From contig NW_015174352.1 of the NCBI RefSeq assembly GCF_001447785.1, positions 62,001-126,000 on the forward strand: DNA of 64,000 nt, written 5' to 3'. The position numbers and the translations under genes were made by a program. The stretch's first letter is position 1, and every line of letters starts with the position of its first letter. Below, piece after piece: positions 35,892-48,985 of the stretch. Under the pieces are notes generated by a model, which did not search any database, was not told where the DNA came from, and saw nothing but the letters and a program-made list of their open reading frames with translations. This stretch comes from Gekko japonicus (taxonomy: Eukaryota).

Positions 35892-37395
35892 GGGTTTTTT
35901 TTTTTAAATCCCCGTGGGAATTTTTTATTTTGCATATACTACAAACGACAAAGAAATATAGGGGAGGGACTACAACTAGGGATAAAGAAAAGCAAACCAC
36001 ACTAGACTAAACCCCCAAGAGAAGGAGATCTTTTCACTGTTAGTAAATATGTTAGTACCATTAGTTTTATTATCACAATATACTTGTTGAGTTCTTATAA
36101 CAATTCGCTTCTTGTATGTTATTTTGTTAGTTGTTATGAGAGAAGTCTCTGATCATCTTATTCTTTGCTTCAAAAGGCCATTTTCCAAGTCCTTCTGCCT
36201 TTGCTTCAGCTTTCTGTCTCTAAAATCGTATACCACTCTGGCAGGTCCTGCACCCTTTTCTGCCGCAGAATCCTCTTCCGTTCCTGAGGTAGCAGAGTCA
36301 CTCGACTTCGATTCTCCCTCTTTAGACTCATCTGTCCTTTAAAGTTTTAATGGTTACATTTCCCATTGTCAGTTGAGTTGCTGATGTTCCTTTTAAAATG
36401 GCATCTCTGGTTTGTCTTCTTGAAAACTTGACCACTATTTCTCCAGGTAGGCTATTTTTTTAATATAGTTGGAGTAAGCCCTATAGGCTGTCTCCATTTT
36501 GTTTACCAGTTCATCCGCTGTTAAGCCTACTACTGGAGCGATGATCTCACTGAGCACCCTCTTCAAGTCTTCCCGATCCGTTTCAGGAACCCCCTGAAAC
36601 CTGAGAATCATGTTAGCGTTTTCCATCTGAAACTGCAAGACTCGATTCTCTTGGCAATTCTGCATCATTTCCACCTCTCCCATCCTTTTCTTCAACTTCT
36701 TACTTCTGGTGTCAATCTCTTTAATTTTCTCGTTTGCCTGCTCCACTTTTTTCTCCATCTCGTTCAGCTGAAGCTGCTGTGCCACAAAGTTTTTATTAAT
36801 CACAGTCAATTGCTGGTTAATACCATCGAGTTGTTCCATCACTGGCTTGAGCATATCTGCCAGGAGTTTGAGGACATCTGCTCCCTCTTCTGGTCTCGGA
36901 CTCTGCCCACCCGGCTTCGTTTTAAACTTTCACTGCTGGGCTGCCATCTTTCCCGTTTTGTTTACAGTTTCTGCCGCTTCCCCACAACTTGGAAAACTCG
37001 CCAAACGGCTTCGCAATTCAGATAAGTCTCTCAAAACACGGGGGGGTCACTTTTCAAACTACTCCATTTTTATTCAGAACTCACTTTCATTGTTGGCCAA
37101 TTTATCTGACCACGCTCGGTTTTACGCCATTCCGCTCGATCTCTGGCGCTTGTCCCGGTCAGTCCAGCTTATGCCCGAAGGCCACTCAGCAACTGGACCA
37201 TCGGGGCAGAGGGGAGCCTCAATTCTCCAGCATTACGCCATCGAAGAGGCTACCCCTCAAAAGCCTTGGAGCCTATCGCAAAGGCTCCGCGGGGGTGTCA
37301 CTTGAGGTGGCACCCCTCCAGGCCGCTGGTGTGCGATTCGCCCTCCTCCGTTGTGAGGTGAGCGTCCTCCATCGCTGTTCCGTCGACCGGAAGGC
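35892..37395 (-). mobile_element. Full-length ORF1-only L1-like ('half-L1') element
   Basis: 5' GCCTTCCGG start, CpG-rich 5'UTR, ORF1 (coiled coil, ILRFQGVPE, VVKFSRRQTRDAIL, acidic C-terminus) at about 36946-36155, AATAAA and poly(A) at about 35930-35895. TSD GTGATCTT(A/C)TA at 35881-35891 and 37396-37406. Confidence 0.85.
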
Positions 37396-38543
37396 GTGAT
37401 CTTCTACTTATGTGTGGGTGTTGTAATGGAACATGCCACATTAGGAGAGCAGTGTTTTCTTCTTCATTGCTGCATGTGTGATTGTATTTTTTGCTGCTGG
37501 GGGCTAATATGATAGTCCCATATTGTTATGGGTTGATTTGTTTATTGCCTTGTAATGCATATCGTTGCTTACACATTCTATGCATTGCTAAAGTGTGTTT
37601 TAGTATTGCATATCAATATGCATGTGGAGGCTAGGAGAAAAAACAAACGCTTGGGGAAAGCCTGTTTCCGCTTTCATTTTTTTCAGTGAAAAAATGGGGA
37701 GATTTTGGAGAGCACTGGGGGGGGGAAGTGAAATATTTTCTCACATGAGGAAAAGTTTTCCTAAAAAGCATTTCACTTGTTCCAAATTTATAACATTAAA
37801 AAGTCTGACTTTTTTATTCAATATTTTTTGAAGTAGGAGCATTTCCATCAGAAGTGGGGAGCGTTGTGTCCTTCAAGAACACTGCCTTCCCGACCAGCAT
37901 TACCCCCTGTCTTTTCCAGGTTTCGTTTCAGTTTGTTTATTCTTAGCCAGGCAGCAATTTAGGATCTCTTTCTCAAGTATTGGACATAATTCCATTTTTT
38001 AGTAGAAAATGACAACATTTAAATTCCATAACTGTCAAATAGTACAATTTTATATACTAAGTTATAAATTATGTATTTCTTGTTGTTTAGCAAAAGAGTT
38101 GGGGTTTCATAAGACAGTATATTTGATATATGTTGATTTTTCCAAAATTTCTATTTGTTTTCAAAAAAAGAAGAAAAAAATTCCCAGTGCTTCCCAAATC
38201 TGTTCAAATTTTGCCTCTTTACATATAATTCATCTGATATACAGTATTATTAGTATTGCAATTTGTAAGTTGCGTAGTGTATATTTGGACAAGCATAGGT
38301 ACGTAACACTGGGTTTGATCTTGGTGTCTGGCACAAGGAGTTTGTGGCGGTGGATTGTCCCCTCTTTCTACAGCAGTCCCCATTGACTCCCTAAAAGTCA
38401 GTGTGGAGGGTCAGAAACCCTCCTGGAGAAAATGTGGCACGGGGAGCTGCACTAAGGAGGGAAAGTAAGGGAACTTTGCTCCCTCCCCACAACATCCGTG
38501 CTAGAAGAGGACTTGCTCTATTAGTGCAAGGTAGAGGGAGAGT

Positions 38544-38659
38544 TGTTGTTGTTGTTCAGTTGCAAAGTCGAGTCCGACTCTTCGCGACCCCATGGACCAG
38601 CTCCCGCCAGGCCCTCCTGTCTTCCGCCGTCCTTTGAAGTTTGCTCAGTTTCATGTTCG
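38544..38659 (-). mobile_element. BovB (RTE) LINE 3' end
   Basis: EDRRAWRELVHGVAKSRTRL plus (CAA)n tail; TSD AGAGGGAGAGT at 38533-38543 and 38660-38670. Confidence 0.9.
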
Positions 38660-38876
38660 AGAGGGAGAGTAATTGCACCCAATTCCCCTTCCTTACTGTA
38701 GCCCTTAAAAATCCACCTTTATTGCAGGCGATAAGATCCAACCCCTTGCTCTTGTTAGATAATCAGGCACATTAGTAACATTTTTCTCACTGGGGCATTG
38801 AAAGTCTTCTGATGGCTGTAAAAAACATCCCAGTGCAGTGCTCTTGATCTCACTTAATTTAGTCATGCTAAAATTG

Positions 38877-39206
38877 CTGCGGTGGCTCAAGTGGTTAAGA
38901 TGCTGAACTGCAGGCTGTGGAAGGTCAGTAGTTCAGCAGTTCAAGACCCGGGTGCCGCAAGACGGGGTGAGCTCCTGTCTCTAGTTCCAGCTCCTGCCAA
39001 CCTAGCAGTTCGAATGCAAGAAATTGCAAGTAGATAAATAGGTACCACTTCAGTGGGAAGGTAACAGCGTTCCATGCGCCTTGGTGTTTAGTCACATGAC
39101 CACGGAAACGTCTTCGGACAGTGCTGGCTCTTCGGCTTTGAAACGGAGATGAGCACCGCAACCCTAGAGTTGGATTCGACTGGCTTTCGAGCAAGGGAAC
39201 CTTTAC
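38877..39206 (+). mobile_element. Sauria SINE, full length
   Basis: Closely similar to 14647-14993 in reverse; ACCTTTACC tail; TSD CTAAAATTG. Confidence 0.92.
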
Positions 39207-40337
39207 CTAAAATTGAAATGAAAACAACAAAAGAGAATTGTAACTATGTTAATTGATTTAGATTTGGGGGCATTATCTACTGTACTCTGTATTCTAATAT
39301 AATGTTGGTACTATAAGGTAAAAGGTGGAATTTGGTTTTATTAATGCCAGAGTTAGTTTGTTTGATTTTCTCTTGCATGAACTTCTGTGGCAAGCAATCT
39401 TAACAGTTTTGAATATTCAGAGATATTTCATGTGTTAAGCTGTATACATAGACCAGTGTTTGCTGCTGTGCATCTGACCACACAGTAACCATTCTCATTT
39501 GCTTACTACTTTTGCTCCTCTTGTGTAGACAGGTGAGAACTATATATACCACTGTACACAGTTTTGGACCTCCTGCTATCAAGTTGTTGATGTTCCACTC
39601 TTTCTTAATTTATGAATCTTATATGATATGTCGATTCTTAGACAGGTGTTTTTTTTAAGTGCAGCATGAGAATAAATTCCTATTTTCTGGCTGTTTTTGA
39701 TAATACTTAACTCCTTGAAGAAAAACATAGTAGAGGCCAGTCTCCTCTAAGTCATGATACAAACTTGTTTCTTAAAATGTGCCGCAACTAAGGTGTGCCG
39801 GTGCTTATACTTAAGGCTGGAACAGTAAGTTGAACTGCTCTTTCAAAGATGAACAGGCAAGCAGCACTTAGAACTGCTCAGTATTTAGTGTCATTTTCAG
39901 AAGTTTGTGACAGAAGAGCAAAGGACATTAGGGCTCTGTGGGCTGTGTTGTCAGAGGGAGTTCATATGCTGTGTTTTTGGTCTGTGCTTGCAGAATGGAA
40001 TCTTCATGTCTTTCCCACTACAGCTTATCATCCTTGCCCCACGAGTTGGAGGATTCCCCACCCAAAACAGTACTTGTCATAATGTGGACTCTGCAGTGGA
40101 AAGGGAGTTGGAAACCACCCCACCCTGGTAGTGGATGTGCCCTTCCACTGGCAGAAACTGAGTGTTGGCTCCAAGACATAACCTTTTTTCTGAAGAGCCA
40201 GTTTTGTTTTGTTTTTAGACATTGTAGAAAGGAGGGTTGGATTACATCCACTTCAGTTGGATCCCTGGGAAAGCCATAAAATCCAGCTGCTGGAGGACTG
40301 GCTCTGGATATGCTCAGTGGTGTTTTCTGTCTCCTAG

Positions 40338-40556
40338 GACTCTGAGTTTAGTAATGCTGATCAGATGGATCTGTATGACGATGTGCTAGCTGCCAGTTCC
40401 CAGCCTTCTGAAAGCTGTACCAGCAGTTCTGAGCCACCACCTGAAAGCCGTCAAGAACAATCTCCCAAGCCAAACAGCAAATCGCCTGCCATCCTGTACA
40501 CCTACAGTGGACTGCGTAATAAGAGAGCTGCTGTTTATGTGGGCAGCTTTTCCTGG
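40338..40556 (+). CDS. CPSF7: CPSF7 coding exon 2
   Basis: [41 protein letters not shown]; 219 nt; TAG acceptor and GTGAGT donor. Confidence 0.98.
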
Positions 40557-41475
40557 GTGAGTGTGTTCCTCGTTCAAGATAGGAAGTAAAGGGTACAGCA
40601 GATTTACTCTGTCCTGGAAGTTCTTGTTGCATACGTCTTACTTCTTACTGGTTTTGCAGCCAGAGTTATAAACAGCAATTCTTGTTGCATAAAGATGATC
40701 TAACTGCCACTTGCTTTTTATGTAGAACCACAGTTACCAATAGAGCAGTGATCCATGCCTGTATAATGGCTCAGGTAACTCGGTTAATGTTCACCAAAAT
40801 AGACGTATGGTTGTCTGAGAATGCTTTACAGCAGAAATACTTTATTTGCATTATTTATTGTAAGCCACCATGAGTCTCTGTAGAAAAAGCCAGGTCCTGT
40901 CTTGAGGAAAGAGATCTAGACTGGCACAAAAAATCAGAAATATAAACCATGATGATTCCACAGAGAGTATAAAATATAGGTGTTTTTACAAATTTGCTGA
41001 TAGTTAAAAATGTGCTGGAACCAGCAGTTGGACCCTTGTATTGGGATTCAAGGAGTGGGATCCTGTGAACTGTGAGTTCAACAAGCAGATCTTTCCCTTT
41101 CCAAAGCAGCCACTATGACCCTTAGAGGCTTAGTGTGGTTTGGGAACTGTTGTGGCCAAAACGTTTCACAGTATGGGAGGCTGCAAGAGGGGTAATTGTT
41201 CAAAATCACCCCCCCTTCCACCAGTAAAGCACTCACATCAATGGGAGCTTTACTGATGGAGTGATGATTTTGCTGCCGCGCCCCCCCCCCCACACACGTA
41301 CTGTAGCCCTCTGTGCTGTACAGGTTTTATCTATGAGGATTCATCAGTGATGCTTTTTCCAGGATCATAGGGATTCTGTGGGAAAGGCAAGTCAGGGAAG
41401 AGTCACATCTGAAAGGACAGGGATTCAGCCCAGGGTCTGTACACTGTACTGATGGAAGTCAGGTAGTATAATTAA

Positions 41476-42394
41476 CTAGGAAAAAGGCCTAGAAAGAGGC
41501 TGTGGGTTGTAGGCAGGTGCCCTGGCCTTGGACACTCAGTGTCAATTTGCTGTGGTAACCTCAGCAGGGTATAATGACACTGAGTCCGCCATTTTCTCCA
41601 GAGGAACTGATCTCTGCTACCTAAAGAACAGTTGTAATTTTGAGTGATCTCCAGCCCTCACCTGGAGATTGGCAACGATGGTTCCCCAGAAGGGAATAGT
41701 TGGTTTGGAGGGTGGAGTCTATGTCTTTGTACCTGTCCGAGGTCCCACGCCTCCTGAAACCTCACCCTCTCTAGGCTCCATCCCTCACATCTCCAGGAAT
41801 TTCCCACCTGGAGTTGGCAACCCTGTCTCCTTCCCACCCAATCATCAACCTACCTTTCTTTCCCCCTCACTCTTCGGCTTTCCACCCCCACACACCTGCA
41901 GCCTCTCCCCTGCTCTGAAGCCCTGACTGCTACGTCACATTGGCTGTCAGACGGGGGCCACCTCAGCAGCATATAAGGATACAGAGCCCACCATTTTCTC
42001 CAGGGGAACTGATCTCTGCTGTCTGGAAAGCAGTTGTAATTCTGAGTGATCTCCAGCCCTCACCTGGAGATTGGACACATTTTACCTCAGAACAGCAAAA
42101 CTGTTTAGAATGTTAGAGGCAAAAGCCAATCAAGTTACATATGCAAATGACCTCTGTGTTCCGAGGCAGAAGCCAATGAGGCTGCATATGCAAATAACCT
42201 CTGTGTTCTGACTGGCTGTGGGGGGAGAGAATTAGCAAAATGTTTAGAATGTTGGAGGCAGGACTCAGGCAAAGCAGCCAGTGGATAAGGAGACCCTCTG
42301 AATGACAGATCAGAGAGCGAACTGATTTTGGAGCGTGTGGAATGTTCTAGAGAAGTGCCACCACCATTCGACTTTTATTTATAAGGGAGATAGA
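41476..42394 (-). mobile_element. Non-autonomous Helitron carrying hAT-MITE fragments
   Basis: On the minus strand A|TCTATCTCCCTTATAAATAAAAG...GGCCTTTTTCCTAG|T; internal hAT MITE pieces at about 41590-41825 and 41990-42075. Confidence 0.78.
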
Positions 42395-42744
42395 TACCTG
42401 AGGAAATCAAATTGTATGGAGTGGAGGGAAATAACTGCTTTTCTCTGTTCCTTTATCTAGCATTCATTTAGAAAGATCTCTGTTTCATGTACATCAGTTT
42501 AGAAGTGGTATGTTCTTGATTAAAGATATGCTATGTTTTTTGCCTCCTCCAGCTCATGGGAGCATATGTTCTAGATGGAGGTTAGATCATACATTCTTCA
42601 CTAGATTGTAATGGTGACCATAAGGGAGTTTGAGAAGGGAGAGCTTTGGTGATCCTTTACTTCCATTACTAACATGCAGGGGTGGGAAACTGTGCAAATG
42701 GCTTCTGGTTATAACACGGTACTGTTACACTTGTTCATATGCAG

Positions 42745-42848
42745 TGGACAACTGACCAGCAGTTGACTCGAATAATCCGTTCGGTGGGTGTTTATGATGT
42801 GGTGGAACTCAAGTTTGCTGAGAACAGAGCCAATGGCCAGTCCAAAGG
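42745..42848 (+). CDS. CPSF7: CPSF7 coding exon 3 (RRM)
   Basis: [34 protein letters not shown](G); 104 nt. Confidence 0.98.
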
Positions 42849-43235
42849 GTGAGTACTGTGAGGCTTCTTCATGAAAAAGGGCCAGTTTTGAGTGATTATT
42901 GTGGAAGTATGAAGAGTATGCTTGCTGATAGGGGACAGTGTGCTTGCTGATAGGGGATGCACATGGATATGCTTTTAAGATTGCCTAAAAGGTCACTTTA
43001 GTTGTCTAGTCTTAAATCCTGTCCAGGCTGAATGCCATCTTCTACGAAGTTTGACACATGATCCCAGAAGGAGATACATGTTGTCCAAATGCACAGTAGT
43101 TTAGTGAATTTGGAGAGAATACAAAGTATGAAGGCCTGCGTCACCATTTTTTCCCTGAGATACTTTTTAGGTCATGTTCATTAACAGATGTTCCTTTACA
43201 TTCTTCAGTTGATTATCATTTGGCTGTCTGTACAG

Positions 43236-43381
43236 GTATGCAGAAGTTGTGGTTGCCTCTGAAAACTCTGTCCACAAACTTTTGGAGCTGCTACCAGGAA
43301 AAATACTCAATGGAGATAAGGTGGAGGTGAAGTTGGCTACCCGGCAGAACCTTGCACAGTTTGAAGCGCAGGCTCGAAAAC
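43236..43381 (+). CDS. CPSF7: CPSF7 coding exon 4 (RRM)
   Basis: [48 protein letters not shown]; 146 nt. Confidence 0.98.
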
Positions 43382-46147
43382 GTAAGTTAGCTGAGGGTTT
43401 GAGGAATTGGGAAAATGGGAGGGGATTAGGGAGAGAATTTCTGAGAATCCTAGTATTACCAGACAAACAATTTAAGCTGCAGTTCTGTACCTGTGAATAC
43501 TTAGAGTGTCTGTTTATTTTTTTCCAATTATATTGCTGCTGTGTCTTAGTAGAGCCTGACTAGTCTTTATGATCCTCTTAGGTTCTCATATAATATGATG
43601 ATCCCTCATAGTTTCTTGCTTCTCCTTTTCCAAAATGAATGGGCTTAAACTCTTCAGACTGCTATTATAGCTAACACCCTCCATACCTATTAATAGCTTC
43701 TCTGTAGGTCTTCTCGAAAATTTGTACGTGCCTGAAGAGGTAAGGTGCCCAGTACTAGATGCAGTACTCCATCTGGGGTCTCACCATGGCCCTTGTTTAA
43801 TGGCATTATATGCTCCTGTTTGTTGTGTTGATGACCCATGGAGTATTATGCTGTTGGAGGCACCATCTTTCTCATATGTACAAGAAAACTTTGATTATCT
43901 GACACCATTGTAGATCCTATGGTCATTAGTAGTAGAAGTATTGCATTCATTGTCTTGACCAGGTTTAAGATGTGTTGCTAACTCATACCACCACTGTGTT
44001 CTTGTGATAATTGCAGCTAACTTTAAAATCTCTGGCTTTATGGCCTCAGTAGCTGTAGCATCAGTTTTCTTTTACTGCCTCCAGGTTTTCTACAGTAATA
44101 CCTGCAAATTGGTACTAGAAGTAATGTTCTTCTTAACTGGACTAACGTAACACTCATGTTATCTGTGGTAGGGGTATCATCAGCCAGTGTTGCTGAATCC
44201 TGAGATGAAGCAGAGCTGCTGTTTGCCCTGATGAAAGCTTTTCCCTGTGAAAAACTGCTTAAAGGGCTTATCTTGTCTTCACTAGGAGGTCGCGCTGGTG
44301 AATGGCAACGTCTGACAGTAACCATGGCACGTCACCATTTTTGACAAGGCCTTCGTAAATGACTTCTACCACTTTGTGATTCCTCGCCCAAAGGGCCTGA
44401 GAAATACAAAATTGTTGTTTTTAGTGATCATCTTTTTATTCTGCCTCTCCCTACCCTCAACATGGCTTACAATAAAACAAAAACCAGTATGATAAAGAAT
44501 GCACATGTAACACTATGAAGTTCCATTTATTATCTCCTATTTATTACAGGGACAAGCTAAAGTGGTTACACACCAGTAATCGCAAAGTGAAGTATTAATA
44601 TAATTCAGAAACTTATTTATTTTTGAACATGAATGTAAACTATTTACATTTTAAGAGTATCCTGGATTTGCTGTCACCAGTTCTTAAGTGATAGTGGTAT
44701 AACAGATTTCTGCTGCCATGTTGTTGTGTGTCATTGGGTTGTGTGATCATGTATGTTTTTAAAAATACATGTCCCAGCTATATTTGCAGTTTAGTTTTTT
44801 CCCAGAATTATGCCAGGTAAGGGGCAAGATTGCAAAATATGCTCCCTAGTTCTGTTGTCTTTACATTCTCTTCAGAAATCTGTGACTTTTAAATTTTGTT
44901 TGACGTACTCTCTTTAGAATAAGGCTCTTAATAAAGCTTTGTACAAACCTCTCATTTTAAACTTTAAGCTTACTGTATATTAAAATTCCCACCTAGTCAA
45001 ATTAAGATGACGCACAACTTTTAAAAAATCCTGGATTTAAAAATGGCTTTTACTCAGATATTGTAAATACTTGTAAATACTTCCTGTAATGCCCTTCCAT
45101 ATGATTGCCATCTTGGTTTGTGTTGAATAAAGTTGACTCTAAGTACAGTACTTTGGTCAGCATGGTTTTATTATTTCTGTGGGGACCATAATGCCTCATT
45201 GGGAAGAAAAGAAGTGAAATGTTTTCAAGCCACAGTGATTTCATCAGTACCAAGCAGCTGGCCCATGGACCGGCAGTAGATAGTATAAAGCACCCTTGTA
45301 ATGCAACCCCCTACAGTTCTCTGTTGCCAAGTACTTATGAAAGTTATAGTTACTTACCCCCATATTTTCAGTGTTGTTTTTGTAAAAAGAATGTACGTAT
45401 TGGAACTGTGCATTGTCTGCTGCAATTTAACTCTTTTAACAGCATTATTTGAAGAGTATGATGCTGTAGTAGTAGTATTACTTAAACTCTACTGACCAAG
45501 TGTTAGTATTTTTGGACAATTGTTTGGATAGGTTCAACATTCTTCATTCAGTTGATCTTATGCTATGTAGGAAGGGCAACAATTTTGTTTGCTATTTGGA
45601 TAAGCAACTAAAATTTAAAATTATCAAGGCACCCCCTTTTTAATGGTCTCCTTACAATCCCCTGAGATGAGAGGAAGAGTATATGTGGGGTACTTTTGTT
45701 TTCAAGAGATTGCTTTGTAGTAGTAGATTACCTTTAGCAGGCTGTAAAAATAATTAGTTACTATAGAAAGTAATGCAGTGACTACTGCAAGCAGTATATA
45801 CATATCTATATCTCTATAATGCAAACTTGTTTTTAAATATCGAAGTGTATCTTCATATAATGCAAGGTTATAAATACTATCATTTTAGACTTTTATACTT
45901 CACTTTCTGTCTGCTAAGGATGCTCTTGGAAGAACAATAAACTTGGTTGTGTACTTTATTTAAGCAGTACATTTCTTTAGATAATGGTTGTAATGGATAG
46001 TTCAGCATCCCTCCAGAATGATGTTATTTGTAACAATTTAGGATCACAGTGTTTAGATTTCCATGTGCTAGAAGCCTTATAATAGAAAAAGAATAGGAAT
46101 CAGTGGTATTCCATTAATGTCATAAGAGAAAGCCATTCTGCATAATT

Positions 46148-46375
46148 GAGAACCAGTGTGGTATAGTGGTTAGAGTGCTGGACTGGAATGGTAGGAGACA
46201 CAGGTTCAAATCTCCATTGCTATGGAGGGGCTTCCATGGTTGACCTTGGGCCAGTTATATACTGTCAGCCTGGCCTTCCTAAAGGTTATCATTAGGATAA
46301 AATGGCAGAAAGGAGAATACTGTAAGCTGTGTTGGGAATCCATTGGTGAGAATGGCAGGGTATAAAGTAAATAAA
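46148..46375 (+). mobile_element. Older Squam3-like SINE
   Basis: GAGAACCAGTGTGGTATAGTGG A box, GGTTCAAATC B box, GGGTATAAA..TAAATAAA tail. Confidence 0.72.
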
Positions 46376-47919
46376 AGAGTGCTTTTACAGCAGAGAATTG
46401 TTTCTATTCAATAGCTTATGATAAAGCTTGAGACACTTTTCATTATTGTTCAAAAACTCGTTTACAAGCTTACCGTCTTTTTAGACACAACCTATAATAT
46501 TAATTTATAGGTGAACTTTATTTTAAATTGGTCTAGACAAAGGCCCCAGTTCATTTCACATTAGTTGTGGGACAAATTATTTGAACTTGTTCCATAGGTT
46601 CAGTTTCATTAGCTTTAACTAACTTTTGCTGGATTGAACTCAAAGCTCTTATGAGCTTTAGATTCATGTATGTCTTTTGGGCTTTCAACCTAGACCTCTT
46701 CCATTCAGTCACTCCCTAAAAGGCAGTGCTGGAAGTTATTGTATATAACTGTACATGGGAAGATGTTTCTGCCGGCGTGCTGTTTAGTATTATAGTAGAA
46801 CTAGAAGCATTTTTCCTTGTTTTTCCACCACAGTGTGACCACTCTTGAGGTCTTTAAACCCTTTGTTAGGGGTATATGTTGGCTTCACTTATTGAAAATC
46901 ATCTGTTTTAGTTGCTATTGTATCTAGGAGTGAGTTGTTAAGTGTTCCCCTAATATTTATAATTAATCTTTAGACGACCTGTTAATCAGGCCACCTTTCT
47001 GGTTTGTCTTTTGGGTTCCTTTTGCGATTTCTTTATTCTTTAAACTAAATTCAACACACTTGTCTGTGATAGGATTTGGACTTTCTGGTTTTATCTTTTT
47101 GGGGTGTGTCCTTGACTTACCCTATGACTCATTTTTTTTTTTAAGTATTTTGTCTTTAAAAGTTAATGTTCTGCAATTGGTATTGTGAGTACCAATTTAA
47201 CTGTGTAAGTTCTTTCTGGTTAAGCTTTTTTACATAGAAAGGAATATTACATTCTTATTTATGTTTACTGTGTCGTCACATAGTTGTTCACATTATACTG
47301 TAGATAAACCTTGCCTCAGCTAAGAATGGGCCAAGTGACCTTAGGGGCTGAGAGGTTTTACCTCCTCTGTCCACAGAATGACGATCATGTTGGCCTCTCT
47401 CACAGAAGTACTGTCAGGACAGCTGAGAATGTTTGCATGTGTGTGTGTGCCTTGGATAGTCAGTTTAAAATCACTGCCAATTATACTCTGTAAACTAATC
47501 TTAACATTTAAATCCTCAAGGATACCAAGTATGTAAATGATGGGAAATGGCTCCCCTCATGCCGCTTCTATGCTGATGCTGAAAATTATTTCATGTAACA
47601 TACTGTGATCTTGGATGATATTGAGCAATCCGTTCACATTGTAGCTACTTCCACCAGGTAGCCTGCAGCACTAATTTCCAGTGATGTCTGGAAGGTAACT
47701 AGATCTTTCTTGATGTTTACCCAAGTCAGGTCCAAGACCGTGTGCGAGCATCCTTTTCGCACAGTGTGAGAGATGGGAGTTCCCTTCTTTGGGCAAACGT
47801 TGAGGTTGTGTGTGAGTTTGGGAAGTGGGGGATGTTGTGTCAGGAAACTGGCTGGCTCTCCCGTGCCTCCCCAACCTCTTCAGTGTTCCGTGCTTTTCCT
47901 CTTCTGTGATGTCTGACAG

Positions 47920-48328
47920 GCGTGCCTCCGAGGGCTCACTCCAGGGATTCCTCAGACTCAGTAGATGGCCGAGCCACTCCAACAGAGAATGCAGTGCCAC
48001 CACCACGCATTGAGAAGCCTCCTTCTGTTTTGCCTTTCTTCAACCGCCCTCCTTCTGCTCTCCCTCTCATGGGGATACCACCTCCACCAATACCGCCACC
48101 TCCACCACTTTCCTCAAGTTTTGGGGTCCCACCTCCCCCACCAGGCATCCACTACCAACACCTAATGCCCCCTCCTCCTCGACTCCCCCCCCACCTAACT
48201 GTGCCACCTCCGGGGGCAGTGCCACCTGCTCTGCACCTCAACCCAGCCTTCTTCCCCCCACCCAATGCGGCAATGGGCCCTCCACCAGATGCCTACAGTA
48301 AGGCCTCAGCTCCATATAACCACAGCAG
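47920..48328 (+). CDS. CPSF7: CPSF7 coding exon 5 (proline-rich)
   Basis: [49 protein letters not shown]; 409 nt. Confidence 0.98.
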
Positions 48329-48777
48329 GTGAGCATAAGTCTATACTTGGGGGTTTGAGAAGAACTACTTGAAAGGGGGCGATGTGAATCCTATTCATAT
48401 CTCTTGGTTAGTGAGGCTTCGGTCCTAATTCACAAAAGGGGCCTTGTCTACTTGATTGTGTACCAAAACTTGTGTTTCACTGGCGGCTGGGCATTGAAAG
48501 AATGACCAGTGTGCTACAGATGCCTGCATGCCACTCATTGGTGGCCTTTCTCATTAAAATATAGTAGGGAAGCACTGTCAGCTTGAGTCATAGCCCTTAG
48601 TAAACTGTTTGACACCTACTTTGGGCAGGAGGAGAACTTGGCTAGCTGTGTAGTGGTTATTTTTTTTCTAAATCCTCAAATTGCTACGTATGTAAACAGG
48701 AAACTTTGTTATAGTGCTGCCTGTATGTATTAGCTTTCTGCATCGGAGTAATGAACATGTGTATGTATGTCCTGCAG

Positions 48778-48896
48778 CCGAGAATTAGGCCCATTGCCAC
48801 CCCCTGTCAGTGAAGCTGAATTTGAAGAAATCATGAACCGGAACCGAGCAATTTCCAGCAGTGCCATTTCCAAAGCTGTGTCTGGTGCCAGTGCAG
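48778..48896 (+). CDS. CPSF7: CPSF7 coding exon 6
   Basis: [39 protein letters not shown](G); 119 nt. Confidence 0.98.
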
Positions 48897-48985
48897 GTAA
48901 ACCGCAGCGGGTTGCTGCCACCTTCTTCTGTTCTTAACCATTGTCTTTAGCCTGATCACTCTGCTTTTGCTCTCTTCTGTCACAG

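Noticed and set aside
44229-44315. C/D box snoRNA (TGATGA...CTGA) in a CPSF7 intron
   Set aside because: The C box lacks the 5' purine, there is no convincing terminal stem or guide, and a poison exon explains the region better.
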